A stretch of 64,000 bases of DNA from NCBI GenBank assembly GCA_963779755.1, contig CAVZZO010000001.1:2272001-2336000 (forward strand), given 5' to 3'. The notes beneath the pieces are model-generated. The model saw nothing but the letters and a program-made list of their open reading frames with translations, did no database searches and was not told the origin of the DNA. The translations under genes and the position numbers were made by a program. Source of the stretch: an uncultured Gemmatimonadales bacterium (GTDB taxonomy: Bacteria; Gemmatimonadota; Gemmatimonadetes; Gemmatimonadales; GWC2-71-9). Of the stretch, positions 1 through 10,219 are shown one piece after another. How positions within the stretch are numbered: the stretch's first letter is position 1; every line of letters starts with the position of its first letter.

Positions 1-1748
1 GCTACAACGTGCAGTGCTTCTGCTTCCAGGACTCGCCCCGCCGGGCCCACAGCATCGCCGCGCAGGGCGGCATCAATGCGGCCAAGAATTACCAGAACGA
101 CGGCGACAGTGTCTTCCGCCTGTTCTACGATACGGTCAAGGGGGGCGACTTCCGCAGCCGGGAAGCCAATGTCTACCGGCTGGCGCAGGTCAGCGTCAAC
201 ATCATCGACCAGTGCGTGGCCCAGGGCGTGCCCTTCGCGCGGGAATACGGCGGATATCTCGCCAACCGTTCGTTCGGCGGGGCGCAGGTGTCGCGGACGT
301 TCTATGCCCGGGGCCAGACCGGCCAGCAGCTTCTGCTGGGCGCCTATCAGGCGCTGGAACGGCAGATCGCCGACGGGAAGGTCACCATGTATCCGCGGAC
401 CGAAATGCTCGATCTCATCGTGGTGGACGGCCACGCCCGCGGCATCGTGACCCGGAACCTGGTGACCGGGGCGGTCGAGGCGCACCTGGCCGACGCCGTG
501 GTGCTGGGCACCGGCGGCTACGGCAACGTGTTCTATCTCTCCACCAACGCCAAAGGCAGCAACTGCACCGCCGCCTGGCGCGCCTACCGGCGGGGCGCCG
601 CCTTCGCCAACCCCTGCTATACCCAGATCCACCCGACCTGCATTCCGGTGAAGGGGCACTACCAGTCGAAGCTCACCCTGATGAGCGAATCGCTCCGCAA
701 CGATGGCCGCGTGTGGGTGCCGAAGCAGAAGGGCGACAAGCGTCCGCCCAACGACATCCCCGAGGCCGAGCGCGACTACTACCTGGAGCGGAAGTACCCC
801 AGCTTCGGGAACCTGGCCCCCCGCGACATCGCGTCCCGCGCCGCCAAGGAAGTATGCGATGAAGGCCGGGGTGTGGGCGAGTTCGGGCACGGGGTCTATC
901 TCGATTTTGCCGACGCCATCCGCCGGCTGGGGCGCCAGGCCATCGCGGAACGCTACGGCAACCTCTTCGAGATGTACGAGCGCATCACCGATGAGGATCC
1001 TTACCGGGTGCCGATGCGCATCTACCCGGCGGCCCATTACACCATGGGCGGGCTGTGGGTGGACTATGATCTCATGAGCACCATCCCGGGCCTCTTCGTG
1101 ATCGGCGAAGCGAACTTCTCCGATCACGGGGCCAACCGGCTGGGCGCCAGCGCGCTGATGCAGGGCCTGGCCGACGGCTACTTCGTGCTGCCCTATACCA
1201 TCGGAAACTACCTGGCGCAGACCAAGCCGGGGACGGTCGCGGCGGACCACCCCGCCGTGCGGGAGGCGGAGGAGGCGGTGGCCGAGCGGACCCGCCGCCT
1301 GCTGGCGATCAACGGGACGCGCACGGTCGATTCGATCCACCGGGAGCTGGGGAAGCTCATGTGGGACTACTGCGGCATGGCCCGCGACGAGGCGGGGCTG
1401 CACCATGCGCTGGAAGAGATTCCCAAGATCCGGCACGAGTTCTGGACCAATGTCCGGGTACTGGGGAAGGACGAGGAGCTCAACCAGTCGCTGGAGAAGG
1501 CCGGCCGGGTGTCCGATTTCCTGGAGCTGGCCGAGCTGATGTGCCGTGACGCGCTGCATCGCACGGAATCCTGCGGTGCGCATTTCCGGACTGAAAGCCA
1601 GACGCCCGACGGCGAAGCCCGGCGCGACGACGAACATTTCAGCTACGTCGCGGCCTGGGAGTACCAGGGAGACGACCGCCCGCCGGAGCTGCACCGGGAA
1701 CCGCTGGAATTCGAGCGGGTGCAGTTGAGCACGAGGAGCTACAAGTGA
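1..1748 (+). CDS. sdhA: Succinate dehydrogenase/fumarate reductase flavoprotein subunit (5' end outside window)
   Basis: [14 protein letters not shown] covalent-FAD motif, QIHPT, HYTMGG, HGANRLG; directly upstream of the Fe-S subunit. Confidence 0.95.
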   Translation, partial: YNVQCFCFQDSPRRAHSIAAQGGINAAKNYQNDGDSVFRLFYDTVKGGDFRSREANVYRLAQVSVNIIDQCVAQGVPFAREYGGYLANRSFGGAQVSRTFYARGQTGQQLLLGAYQALERQIADGKVTMYPRTEMLDLIVVDGHARGIVTRNLVTGAVEAHLADAVVLGTGGYGNVFYLSTNAKGSNCTAAWRAYRRGAAFANPCYTQIHPTCIPVKGHYQSKLTLMSESLRNDGRVWVPKQKGDKRPPNDIPEAERDYYLERKYPSFGNLAPRDIASRAAKEVCDEGRGVGEFGHGVYLDFADAIRRLGRQAIAERYGNLFEMYERITDEDPYRVPMRIYPAAHYTMGGLWVDYDLMSTIPGLFVIGEANFSDHGANRLGASALMQGLADGYFVLPYTIGNYLAQTKPGTVAADHPAVREAEEAVAERTRRLLAINGTRTVDSIHRELGKLMWDYCGMARDEAGLHHALEEIPKIRHEFWTNVRVLGKDEELNQSLEKAGRVSDFLELAELMCRDALHRTESCGAHFRTESQTPDGEARRDDEHFSYVAAWEYQGDDRPPELHREPLEFERVQLSTRSYK

Positions 1749-1775
1749 GGGACCAGGGACCAGGGACCAGGGACA
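1749..1775 (+). repeat. GGGACCA heptamer tandem repeat (x3 plus partial)
   Basis: gggacca gggacca gggacca gggaca starting immediately after the sdhA TGA. Confidence 0.9.
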
Positions 1776-1785
1776 GAGGATACCG

Positions 1786-2559
1786 ATGAACCTTACGCTT
1801 TATGTCTGGCGCCAGCCCGGTCCCGAGGCTCCGGGGAAGCTGGTCAAATACGACGCCCGGGACATCAGCGATGAAATGAGCTTCCTGGAGATGCTCGACG
1901 TGGTCAACGAGGGGCTCATCGAGTCGGGCCAGGAGCCGATCGCGTTCGACAGCGACTGCCGCGAGGGCATCTGCGGCTCCTGCGGGCTCATGATCAACGG
2001 CATGGCGCACGGGCCGCTCCAGGGGACCGCCACCTGCCAGCTGCACATGCGCAGCTTCAAGGACGGCGACACCATCTATATCGAGCCCTGGCGGGCCCGG
2101 GCCTTTCCGGTCCTCAAGGACCTGGTGGTCGACCGGAGCGCGCTCGACCGGATCATCGCCTCCCGCGGCTACATCACCGCCCGCACCGGCAGCGCGCCCG
2201 ACGCCAACAGCATTCTGATCGGCAAGGACGATGTAGAGCGGGCCATGGACGCGGCAGCCTGCATCGGCTGCGGCGCCTGTGTCGCCGCCTGTCCCAACGC
2301 CTCCGCCATGCTCTTCACCGCCAGCAAGGTGACGCACCTGGGCCTGCTGCCCCAGGGACAACCGGAGCGGGCCCGGCGCGCCCTGGAGATGGTCGATCAG
2401 ATGGATGCCGAGGGCTTCGGCGGCTGCACCTGGTTCGGCGAGTGCCAGGAGGCGTGTCCCAAGGAGATCCGCATCGAAGTGATCTCCCGGATGTACCGCG
2501 ACTACCTGCGCTCCAGCGTCGGCAGCCGCGCCGATGCGGCGGTGGCCGGCGGGAGCTGA
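1786..2559 (+). CDS. sdhB: Succinate dehydrogenase/fumarate reductase iron-sulfur subunit
   Basis: [21 protein letters not shown] and [12 protein letters not shown]e-S motifs. Confidence 0.95.
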   Translation: MNLTLYVWRQPGPEAPGKLVKYDARDISDEMSFLEMLDVVNEGLIESGQEPIAFDSDCREGICGSCGLMINGMAHGPLQGTATCQLHMRSFKDGDTIYIEPWRARAFPVLKDLVVDRSALDRIIASRGYITARTGSAPDANSILIGKDDVERAMDAAACIGCGACVAACPNASAMLFTASKVTHLGLLPQGQPERARRALEMVDQMDAEGFGGCTWFGECQEACPKEIRIEVISRMYRDYLRSSVGSRADAAVAGGS

Positions 2560-2623
2560 CCGGCAATGCAAGCCGGCGCCCTCCGGACGTCTCCTCCCTA
2601 GACTCACCGTTCGGAGCATTCCG

Positions 2624-3856
2624 GTGCGCGGTTTCCTCGCTCTGCTGATCGGCGGTCTCCTGGGCCGCCCACTGGCGGCGCAGGCGGCCGCGCCCTGGCT
2701 GCGGCTGTCCGCCGGCGCCGTCCCCTCGCTGACGCGGGTGGACGGCGTTCCGGGCGGCGGCTCGCTCTCCGAGTTCAAGGTGGTGCGGCCGGTGCTCCGG
2801 GCGCATGCCGGGCTCATGGGAGGGCATCTGCGGGTGCTGGGCACCTTCAATTTCGAAGGCTGGACCATGCCCCACGGGGAGCTGACGCCGGGCGGGTGGG
2901 GCGAAGGCTACATGGACCGGCGGCATCCCCATACCTATTTCCATGAGCTCATCGTCTCCCTGGTGGAGCCGGTGGGGCCGTGGCGCGCCTCGATCAGCGT
3001 GGGGAAGGGGTTCGCCCCCTTCGGCACCGACGATCCGATGAACCGGCCGCCGCTACGCTACCCGGTCAATCACCACTGGAGCCAGATCCTGGAGCGGGCG
3101 GTGGCCATCGCCGCCGTCGAGGCCGGGCCGGTCACCCTGGAGGGCGGCCTGTTCAACGGGGATGAGCCGGAGCACCCGGGCCAGTGGCCCCGGATCGGGC
3201 ACCGTTTCGGCGATTCCTGGTCGGCGCGGGTGCTGGTCCATCCGGTAGACGGGCTGGAGCTGCAGGGCTCGCGCGCGGTGGTGGCGTCGCCGGAAAACCG
3301 GCCCGGATTCGGCAGCACCCAGTACAAGTGGAGCGCCTCGGCGCGGTGGAGCCGGATGATCGGGGGCTCGCGGACCTACGCCATGATGGAGTGGGCGCGC
3401 AACTCGGAGCTGGAGGGGGTGTACGTGTTTCACACCTTTCTGGCCGAGGCCGCCTGGCAGGCGGGACGGCACCAGCCGTACTACCGCTTCGAGCGAACCG
3501 AACGCCCGGAGGAGGAGCGGCTGCTCAACCTCTATCGCTCCGTCCGGCCCCACCTGGAGAACTCGATTCTGGGACGGACCCGCTGGACCATTCACACCCT
3601 GGGCTACACCTATACGCTCCCGCTGCCCCGAGGGCTGCGGGCCGGCCCCTTCGCCGAGCTTTCTCATGCTCAGGTCCGGACTATCGACCAGGGGATCTTC
3701 AATCCCGCCCAGTTCTACGGCCGCTCGGACATCTGGGAACTGAGCGCGGGGGTGCGGTTGGCCTGGGGCATGCCGATGGCCCGGATGGGGCGCTACGGGG
3801 TGCTGGATGACGGGGCCGGAACGGAGCACACACGAGCGGTGAAGGAATCACGATGA
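2624..3856 (+). CDS. Exported conserved hypothetical protein, probable outer-membrane beta-barrel with His-rich motifs
   Basis: GTG start after GGAG; signal peptide ending PLAAQ; amphipathic beta strands; HPHTYFHE and NHHW motifs; overlaps next gene (ATGA). Confidence 0.65.
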   Translation: MRGFLALLIGGLLGRPLAAQAAAPWLRLSAGAVPSLTRVDGVPGGGSLSEFKVVRPVLRAHAGLMGGHLRVLGTFNFEGWTMPHGELTPGGWGEGYMDRRHPHTYFHELIVSLVEPVGPWRASISVGKGFAPFGTDDPMNRPPLRYPVNHHWSQILERAVAIAAVEAGPVTLEGGLFNGDEPEHPGQWPRIGHRFGDSWSARVLVHPVDGLELQGSRAVVASPENRPGFGSTQYKWSASARWSRMIGGSRTYAMMEWARNSELEGVYVFHTFLAEAAWQAGRHQPYYRFERTERPEEERLLNLYRSVRPHLENSILGRTRWTIHTLGYTYTLPLPRGLRAGPFAELSHAQVRTIDQGIFNPAQFYGRSDIWELSAGVRLAWGMPMARMGRYGVLDDGAGTEHTRAVKESR

Positions 3857-5025
3857 GCAATACACAGATCGGGCTGCTGGCCACGCTAGCGCTGGCCGCG
3901 GCCTGCGGCGGATCGAACCAGACCGGCCCGGGCACCCCGAATCCTCCCGCGGCAGACAGTTTCGTGGTGCTGGGCGGCGGGAACAACGTGCCGGAGCGCT
4001 ACAGCTCGGATCTCACGGTCCGTGGGGGCTACGCCTATACCGGCACCTGGGGCCACCGGGCCACGCCCGGGAACGCGGTCAAGGTGTGGAACGTGCAGGG
4101 CACCGACCCGGCGCTGGTGGATTCGATCATCACGCCATTCATCACTACCGTCAGCGATCTCGAGGTTTCCTCCGATGGCGCGGTGCTCATGTTCAGCACC
4201 GAAGGGGGAAGCGGCAACGGCCTCTATCTCTACGGCCTGGCCGACCCGGCGCATCCCACGTTCATCGCCAGCCGTCTGGTGAGCAGCGGGATCCACACCG
4301 CCAGCTTCGGCTACATCGGAGGGAAGCGCTACGCCTTTGCCGCCCGCGACCCCACCGACCCGGCGCTCCTGATCTTCGCGATCGACGAGACCCAGGCCAA
4401 CCCCATCGCGCTGCTGGACAGCGTGCCGGTGCCGGCCAACTACGGCATCCACGATACCTATGTCCGGGACGGCGTCTGTTTCGTCTTCGCCTGGAACACC
4501 GGGGTGATCATCTACGACGTGGGTAACGGGATCAGGGGCGGGTCGCCCGGCAACCCGGTGGAGATCAGCCGGCTCATTCCGTCGGCCAACAACGTGCCGG
4601 GCGGGCCCGCGGTGCATAACGGCTGGTGGTTCCACAACCCGGTGAGCGGCGAGCACCGTTACCTCTTCCTCGGCCAGGAGGGGCCCGGGACCGTGGGGAG
4701 TGCCTCGTCCGGCGATATCCACGTGCTGGACGTGTCGGATCTGGCCAACCCGCACGAGGTAGCGTTCTACCACCGCGAGCTGGCCGGCACCCACAATTTC
4801 TGGATGGACGAGCAGAAGCAGATTCTCTACGCGGCCTACTACAATGCCGGGGTCGTAGCGCTCGATGTTTCCGGCACCCTCAGCGGCGACCTGGCGCAGC
4901 GGGAGATCGGCCACATCGCCGAGGGCGGGCCGGGGAACACCTACACCTGGGGCGTCCAGCTGGACAACGGCGTGCTCTATGCGATCGATATGCTCAGCGG
5001 GCTGTGGAAGCTGGAACCGCTGTGA
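3853..5025 (+). CDS. LVIVD-repeat beta-propeller lipoprotein
   Basis: Lipobox LAAAC; blades such as IIYDV, IHVLDVSD, VVALDVS; His motifs IHT, IHD, VHN, THN. Confidence 0.75.
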   Translation: MSNTQIGLLATLALAAACGGSNQTGPGTPNPPAADSFVVLGGGNNVPERYSSDLTVRGGYAYTGTWGHRATPGNAVKVWNVQGTDPALVDSIITPFITTVSDLEVSSDGAVLMFSTEGGSGNGLYLYGLADPAHPTFIASRLVSSGIHTASFGYIGGKRYAFAARDPTDPALLIFAIDETQANPIALLDSVPVPANYGIHDTYVRDGVCFVFAWNTGVIIYDVGNGIRGGSPGNPVEISRLIPSANNVPGGPAVHNGWWFHNPVSGEHRYLFLGQEGPGTVGSASSGDIHVLDVSDLANPHEVAFYHRELAGTHNFWMDEQKQILYAAYYNAGVVALDVSGTLSGDLAQREIGHIAEGGPGNTYTWGVQLDNGVLYAIDMLSGLWKLEPL

Positions 5026-5077
5026 GGCGTAAGGGGTAAGGCGTGAGACGTGTACCGCTTACCCCTTACCTCTTACC
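5022..5077. repeat. Inverted heptamer array (GTGAGGC/GTAAGGG ... CTTACCC) between convergent genes
   Basis: gtgaggcgtaaggggtaaggcgtgagacg ... cgcttaccccttacctcttacc; contains both stop codons. Confidence 0.8.
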
Positions 5078-7034
5078 TGCTCCAGGCATTGTTCCCGCGG
5101 TTCACATCGGGCAGCGCCGCGTCGGGATCAACCACCACCTGCCTCACCGCTCCCGGCACCGTCAGGCTGTAGCGCGTGCCGGCATACCAGACCTGCACCG
5201 GGAGGCGCAACCGCCGCGGCGCGCCGGCGTCCGGGGTCAGCTGGAGCAGGACCGGCATGACCAGGTCCCCGGTATTCCGCAGGACGATACGGGACGAAAC
5301 CCTGCCGCTGGAGTCGGTGCGCACCACTACGCTATCCACCGCCTGGTCGAGCACCCCGGTCCCGTAGAACCATCCCCGCCAGAACCAGCTCAGGTCCAGG
5401 CCCAGGCCGTCCTCCATGGTGCGGAAGAAGTCGGCGGGGGCCGGGTGTCTGAAGGCCCAGCGGCGGATGTACTCCCGGAACACCGGATCGAACCGTTCGG
5501 GGCCGGCGATGGTCTCGCGCAGGATGCGCAGGCCCAGGCCGGGCTTGTTGTAGGCCAGCTCGCGCAGGGTGCCGCGGATGCGGTCGGCCGGGGTCATGAT
5601 GGGCTGGGACAGCCCCTGCCGGACCGACTGGAGATAGTTGTCCGGGTTGGACCGGCGGGCGGCCAGTTCGGGAAAGACCCGGGTCTGGCTGTAGTAGTTG
5701 ATGAAGGTATTGAAGCCCTCGTCCATCCAGGGATAGAGCCGCTCGTTGCTCCCCACCATCATGGGGAACCAGGTGTGGCCGAACTCGTGGTCGGTGACGC
5801 TGTAGAGCAGGGCGGCGCTGGTGCGCTCGTGGCAGAAGACGATCATGGGATATTCCATGCCGTTTTCGATGCCGTTCACGTTGATCGCCACCGGATAGGG
5901 ATAGGGCACCAGCCGGCGCGAATAGAACGCGAGGGCGGTGCGGCCGAACTGGGTCGCCCGCGACCAGAGCGAATCGGCGCTGGGCGGATAGAAACTCATG
6001 ACCAGGGTGCGGCCCTGGTTCGCCCGGGCGGCATCCCAGATGAAATGCGGCGCCGCGGCCCAGGCAAAGTCGCGCACACTGTCGGCGGTGAAGTGCCAGG
6101 TGAGGGTGCCGCGGCCGTTGTGCGGGCGGGAGGTCGAATCGGCCAGTTCCTCCCGGCTGCGTACCACCACCGTGGTGTCGCTCAGGCGGGCGAGCGCCAG
6201 GCGGGCCCGCTCCACCGGCGTCAGCACCGTCTGCGGGTTCCGCAACACCCCGGTGGCGGCCACGATCATGCCGGCAGGCAAAGTGAGCCGCACATCGAAA
6301 CTGCCGTACTCGAGGTAGAACTCGCCCTGGCCCAGGTAGGGCTCGGTATTCCAGCCCCGGATATCGTCGTAGACAGCCAGGCGGGGATACCACTGGGCCA
6401 CTTCGTAGATGGTGGCCCCGTCCACCCGTTCGATTCCCATCCGGCTGCTGAGCCCGTCCTGGAAGGGGAACGACCAGACGAGCTCGAAGACGTAGCGGTG
6501 ACGCGGGGCCAGCGGCTGCGGCAGCTCCACCCGCATCATGGTGCCGTAGGCCTTCCAGGCCAGTGCCCGTGCTGCCTGGCGCCGCCGGTTGGTGGCGGGC
6601 GGCAGGGCGGGCTGGCGTACCGTGTCGATGGTGAATCCGCCGGCGGCGGCACCGCTGCCGTACCAGCCGGCCGGCCCGAAGAGGGCCGCGCCCCGGCTGG
6701 TGTCGGTGAACAGGTTCTGATCGAGCTGGAGCCAGAGATATCGCAGCGTATCGGGCGAATTGTTGCTGTAGGTAATGCGTTCCTGCCCGCTGAGCCGGTT
6801 GGCCTGTGTGTCCAGCGTCGCCTGGATGACGTAGTCCACCCGCTGCTGCCAGTAGGCGGCCCCGGGCATGCCGCTGCCGGTGCGGTAGCGGTTGGGGGCA
6901 GGGAGCGCCAGCGGGCGGAAGATCGAAGTGTCGCCCGCGGCGGCGGGCGGAGGCGGCGGGACCACCTGGGCGGCGAGGGTCGAGCAGAGTGCGCCCAGAA
7001 GGGCGCAGACGACGAGCAGGCGGTAGTTCGACAC
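5073..7034 (-). CDS. Secreted M1-family zinc metallopeptidase
   Basis: Signal peptide; GMEYP; HEFGH...WMDEG (HEXXH-X18-E). Confidence 0.9.
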   Translation of the reverse strand: MSNYRLLVVCALLGALCSTLAAQVVPPPPPAAAGDTSIFRPLALPAPNRYRTGSGMPGAAYWQQRVDYVIQATLDTQANRLSGQERITYSNNSPDTLRYLWLQLDQNLFTDTSRGAALFGPAGWYGSGAAAGGFTIDTVRQPALPPATNRRRQAARALAWKAYGTMMRVELPQPLAPRHRYVFELVWSFPFQDGLSSRMGIERVDGATIYEVAQWYPRLAVYDDIRGWNTEPYLGQGEFYLEYGSFDVRLTLPAGMIVAATGVLRNPQTVLTPVERARLALARLSDTTVVVRSREELADSTSRPHNGRGTLTWHFTADSVRDFAWAAAPHFIWDAARANQGRTLVMSFYPPSADSLWSRATQFGRTALAFYSRRLVPYPYPVAINVNGIENGMEYPMIVFCHERTSAALLYSVTDHEFGHTWFPMMVGSNERLYPWMDEGFNTFINYYSQTRVFPELAARRSNPDNYLQSVRQGLSQPIMTPADRIRGTLRELAYNKPGLGLRILRETIAGPERFDPVFREYIRRWAFRHPAPADFFRTMEDGLGLDLSWFWRGWFYGTGVLDQAVDSVVVRTDSSGRVSSRIVLRNTGDLVMPVLLQLTPDAGAPRRLRLPVQVWYAGTRYSLTVPGAVRQVVVDPDAALPDVNRGNNAWSR

Positions 7035-7145
7035 GGCGGGCTCCGGCAGGAATTCGCGGGGGGTGTGCTTCTAACGTAATCGTGCCTCTGGAGCCGGGGC
7101 ACCGGTCCATGTAGGCTTCTCGCCCATACCATATCCGGAGCCGTC

Positions 7146-7853
7146 ATGTCCCGTTCGCTCGCCGCCGCCCTGCTGCTGGCCCTTGCCCTGGTTCCGCCGC
7201 GCCTGGCCGCCCAGGCTCCCTCGCACCTCGAGATCAAATACGTCCGCGACAGCGAGGAGTATCCCACCCTGGTGCGCCAGGTGTACCGCTCCGCGGCGGC
7301 CGCGGTGGAGCAGGGCCGCCGCGCGCTCCACTCCGGAACGGTCTGGGCAGTGGTACTGGATATCGACGAGACCTCGCTGGACAATTCGGTCTACCAACTG
7401 GAACGGGCCGCCTACGGCCGGCCTTACGACGAAGCCTCATGGAATGTCTGGGTACGCCGCCGGGAGGCGCCGGCGGCCCCGGGCGTGGCCGGCTTCGTGA
7501 GCGCGGTCCGCTCGGCCGGCGGGCGGGTGGCGTGGATCTCCAACCGCAACGTGTCGGTCGGGGAGGCGACCCGGGCGAATCTGGAGCAGGTCGGCCTGTG
7601 GCGGGACGGCGACCTGCTCTGTCTCGCCACCGACAGCACCTATCCCAAGGCGCGCCGGCGCTCGGAGCTCCGATCGGGGGAAGGGGCCTGCGCCTGGGAC
7701 GGCACCCCTGCGACCGTGCTGGCGTACGTGGGCGATCAGCTGGGAGACTTCCCCGCGGCGGGCGAGGAGCCGGGGGTGAGCGACCGGGACAGCGCCTTCG
7801 GCCGGCGCTATTTCCTGCTGCCGGACCCGATGTATGGCGCGTGGACGAGATGA
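7146..7853 (+). CDS. Secreted class C acid phosphatase / 5'-nucleotidase (HAD, e(P4)-like)
   Basis: LDIDETSLDNS, ISNR, GDQLGDF, LPDPMYGAW motifs; signal peptide. Confidence 0.9.
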   Translation: MSRSLAAALLLALALVPPRLAAQAPSHLEIKYVRDSEEYPTLVRQVYRSAAAAVEQGRRALHSGTVWAVVLDIDETSLDNSVYQLERAAYGRPYDEASWNVWVRRREAPAAPGVAGFVSAVRSAGGRVAWISNRNVSVGEATRANLEQVGLWRDGDLLCLATDSTYPKARRRSELRSGEGACAWDGTPATVLAYVGDQLGDFPAAGEEPGVSDRDSAFGRRYFLLPDPMYGAWTR

Positions 7854-8000
7854 AGCAGGAGAGGTGAGAAGCAGGAGAAACGGGAACGGGGAAACGGGAA
7901 AAAGGGAGGCGCTTCTTCCCGCTTCCCTATTCCCATTTCCCCTGGCCTGCCCTGACGACTCACGTCTCCCTTCTCACGCCTTACGTCTCACGTCTTACTT
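7850..8000. repeat. Nested inverted heptamer arrays (GGGAAAC-type inside GTGAGA-type)
   Basis: Inner gggaacggggaaacgggaaaaaggga / ttcccgcttccctattcccatttcccc; outer gagaggtgagaag / ctcacgtctcccttctcacgccttacgtctcacgtcttac. Confidence 0.75.
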
Positions 8001-8008
8001 CTAGGTTC

Positions 8009-10045
8009 TTACTTCCCGCCCGTCGCGGCCGGAGCCGGGGCGCTCCACCCGTTATTGCCCGCGTTGAGGTCGGGGAACTGGCCGTCGGGGTTGACGGCGG
8101 CGGCCGTGACCGGCTTCGGCGTGGTGACCACCGCGGTGTAGGTATCTCCCTTGTACCAGACCTGCACCGGGTAGGTTTCCGTCCGGGTGCTGCCGTCGCT
8201 CAGGGTAAGCTGCAGTTCCACCGGCATCACCAGCTGCCCCAGGTTCTTGATAGTTACCCGGGCAACATTGGAGCTGTCCGGCTGCTGCCGGTTGCGCACG
8301 TCGGTTACCGCCTGATCCAGCGCGTCGGTGGTGTAGAACCAGCCGCGCCAGAACCAGGAGAGATCCCGACCGGAGACGTTCTCCATGGTGCGGAAGAAGT
8401 CGTCGGGCGTGGGGTGCCTGAAGGCCCAGCGGCGGATATAGGTCTGGAAGGCCGTGTCGAAGACGGAATCGCCCAGGATCTTGTTCCTGAGGAGCAGCAG
8501 GCCGATGCTGGGCTTGATGTAGGCCAGGCTGCCCAGATTGTTGTCGGTGACCAGCCGGTCGGGCGGCGTCATGATGGGCTGGGCGGTCGACTGCTGGTCC
8601 AGACGGAGGACGAAGTTCATCTCCGCCAGCCGCCGCCGGCTGTCATCCCGCTTGAAGTAGTCTTCCTCGCTGTACGTGTTGATGAAGGTGTTGAAGCCTT
8701 CGTCCATCCAGGGGTAGCGGCGCTCGTTGGAGCCCACGATCATGGGGAACCAGTTGTGCCCGATCTCGTGGGTGATCACCGCGTACAGCCCCTGCTTGGA
8801 GTTGTCGTTCGCCTCCATGGCCAGCATGGGGTACTCCATGCCGGAGACCGGCCCCTCGACCGCGCTGATCTGAGGATAGGGATAGCGGAACCACCGGGTG
8901 CTGTACTCCTGGATGGTGAACCGGCTCATGTCGGCGCCAAACTGCCAGTAGGTCTTGGCCGAGGGCCGGTAGTAGGCCTGCGCCAGCACCCCCTGCCAGG
9001 CCGAGGCATCCCAGAGATAGTCCGGCGCGGCGGCCCAAGCGACATCGCGCACGCTGTCGGCCTTGAAGCGCCAGGTCAGCATGCCGGTCGACTTCGGCCG
9101 GGCCGCGCCCGAGGTCAGGTCCGCTTCGGTGACGATGTGAATCGTGGTATCCGACTTCGCCGCCTGCGCCAGCCGGCGGCGCTGCTCGGACGTCAGGACT
9201 TCCTCCGGGTTCTGCAGCACCCCGCTCCCGGCCACGATGTAGCCGGCCGGCACGGTGACATTGTACTGGATGTCGCCGTACTCCAGGTAGAACTCGCCCT
9301 GGCCGATGTAGGGATCGGTGTTCCAGCCCCGCACGTCGTCGTAGACCTCAAGGCGGGGATACCACTGGGCCAGTTCGTAGAGGGAGCCGTCCCGGCCCAT
9401 CCGGTCGGCCCCGTGCTCCGGGATGGCAAAGTGATAGACCACCCGGATGGTGGTGGTCTGGCCCGGCGCCAGCGGGCTGGCCAGGTCCACCCGCATGCGG
9501 GTGTCGTTCACCACCGTGTGGAGCGGGCGGGGGGCGCCGGGGGTGGCTCGCGGCCGGTTGCGGCCCCCCGCCGGGGTGCCCGCCACCTGCTCGATGCTCT
9601 CGATCTTGAACCCGCCGTCGAAGCCCGCGCCGCCGAACCGGCTGTTCTGCGCGTTGAGCAAGGACCCGATGCTCCCGGGCTGGAACAGGTTCTGGTCCAT
9701 CTGGAACCAGAGGAATCCCAGCGAATCGGGCGAGTTGTTGGTGTAGCGGATGCTTTCTTCGCCCTTCAGGACCTTGGCCGCCGTGTCCAGGGTGGCCGAA
9801 ATGGTGTAATCCACCCGCTGCTGCCAGTAGCCCTGGCCCGGCGCGCCGTCGGGGCGCCGCTGCTCATCGGGGGCCGACATCGGCAGGGGACTGAAAATCC
9901 CGGTATCCTGCACCGGCCGCTGCAGCTCGACCGCCGCCGGCTTGGGCAGCGTGGGGGCCTTGGGCGTGGGCGGGGGAGCGGGTTGCTGGGCGGCCAGCGG
10001 GGCCGCAAGGAGGGCAAAAGCGAGCACGGACTTCAGAGTGCGCAT
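8009..10045 (-). CDS. Secreted M1-family zinc metallopeptidase (paralogue of 5073-7034)
   Basis: Start MRTLKSV with signal peptide; GMEYP; HEIGH...WMDEG. Confidence 0.9.
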   Translation of the reverse strand: MRTLKSVLAFALLAAPLAAQQPAPPPTPKAPTLPKPAAVELQRPVQDTGIFSPLPMSAPDEQRRPDGAPGQGYWQQRVDYTISATLDTAAKVLKGEESIRYTNNSPDSLGFLWFQMDQNLFQPGSIGSLLNAQNSRFGGAGFDGGFKIESIEQVAGTPAGGRNRPRATPGAPRPLHTVVNDTRMRVDLASPLAPGQTTTIRVVYHFAIPEHGADRMGRDGSLYELAQWYPRLEVYDDVRGWNTDPYIGQGEFYLEYGDIQYNVTVPAGYIVAGSGVLQNPEEVLTSEQRRRLAQAAKSDTTIHIVTEADLTSGAARPKSTGMLTWRFKADSVRDVAWAAAPDYLWDASAWQGVLAQAYYRPSAKTYWQFGADMSRFTIQEYSTRWFRYPYPQISAVEGPVSGMEYPMLAMEANDNSKQGLYAVITHEIGHNWFPMIVGSNERRYPWMDEGFNTFINTYSEEDYFKRDDSRRRLAEMNFVLRLDQQSTAQPIMTPPDRLVTDNNLGSLAYIKPSIGLLLLRNKILGDSVFDTAFQTYIRRWAFRHPTPDDFFRTMENVSGRDLSWFWRGWFYTTDALDQAVTDVRNRQQPDSSNVARVTIKNLGQLVMPVELQLTLSDGSTRTETYPVQVWYKGDTYTAVVTTPKPVTAAAVNPDGQFPDLNAGNNGWSAPAPAATGGK

Positions 10046-10082
10046 GGATGGTTCCCGATGTTGGTGAGATCTGGACTGTAAG

Positions 10083-10150
10083 CGGCAGGACGGCAGCACG
10101 GCAAGACGGCAGGGCGGCAAGACGGCAAGACGGCAGGACGGCAAGACGGC
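10083..10150 (+). repeat. Octamer tandem repeat (CGGCARGA consensus, 8 copies)
   Basis: cggcagga cggcagca cggcaaga cggcaggg cggcaaga cggcaaga cggcagga cggcaaga cggc. Confidence 0.9.
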
Positions 10151-10219
10151 CCTAAAGGACTTCCTCGCGGCTTTCTATTGGAGGCCGCTCGGTCGCAGGA
10201 CGGCAGGACGCCGCCCTGT

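Noticed and set aside
10046..10144. N-terminal extension MPSCRLAVLPPCRLAVL on the M1 peptidase
   Set aside because: Translation of the octamer repeat; the signal peptide starts at 10045
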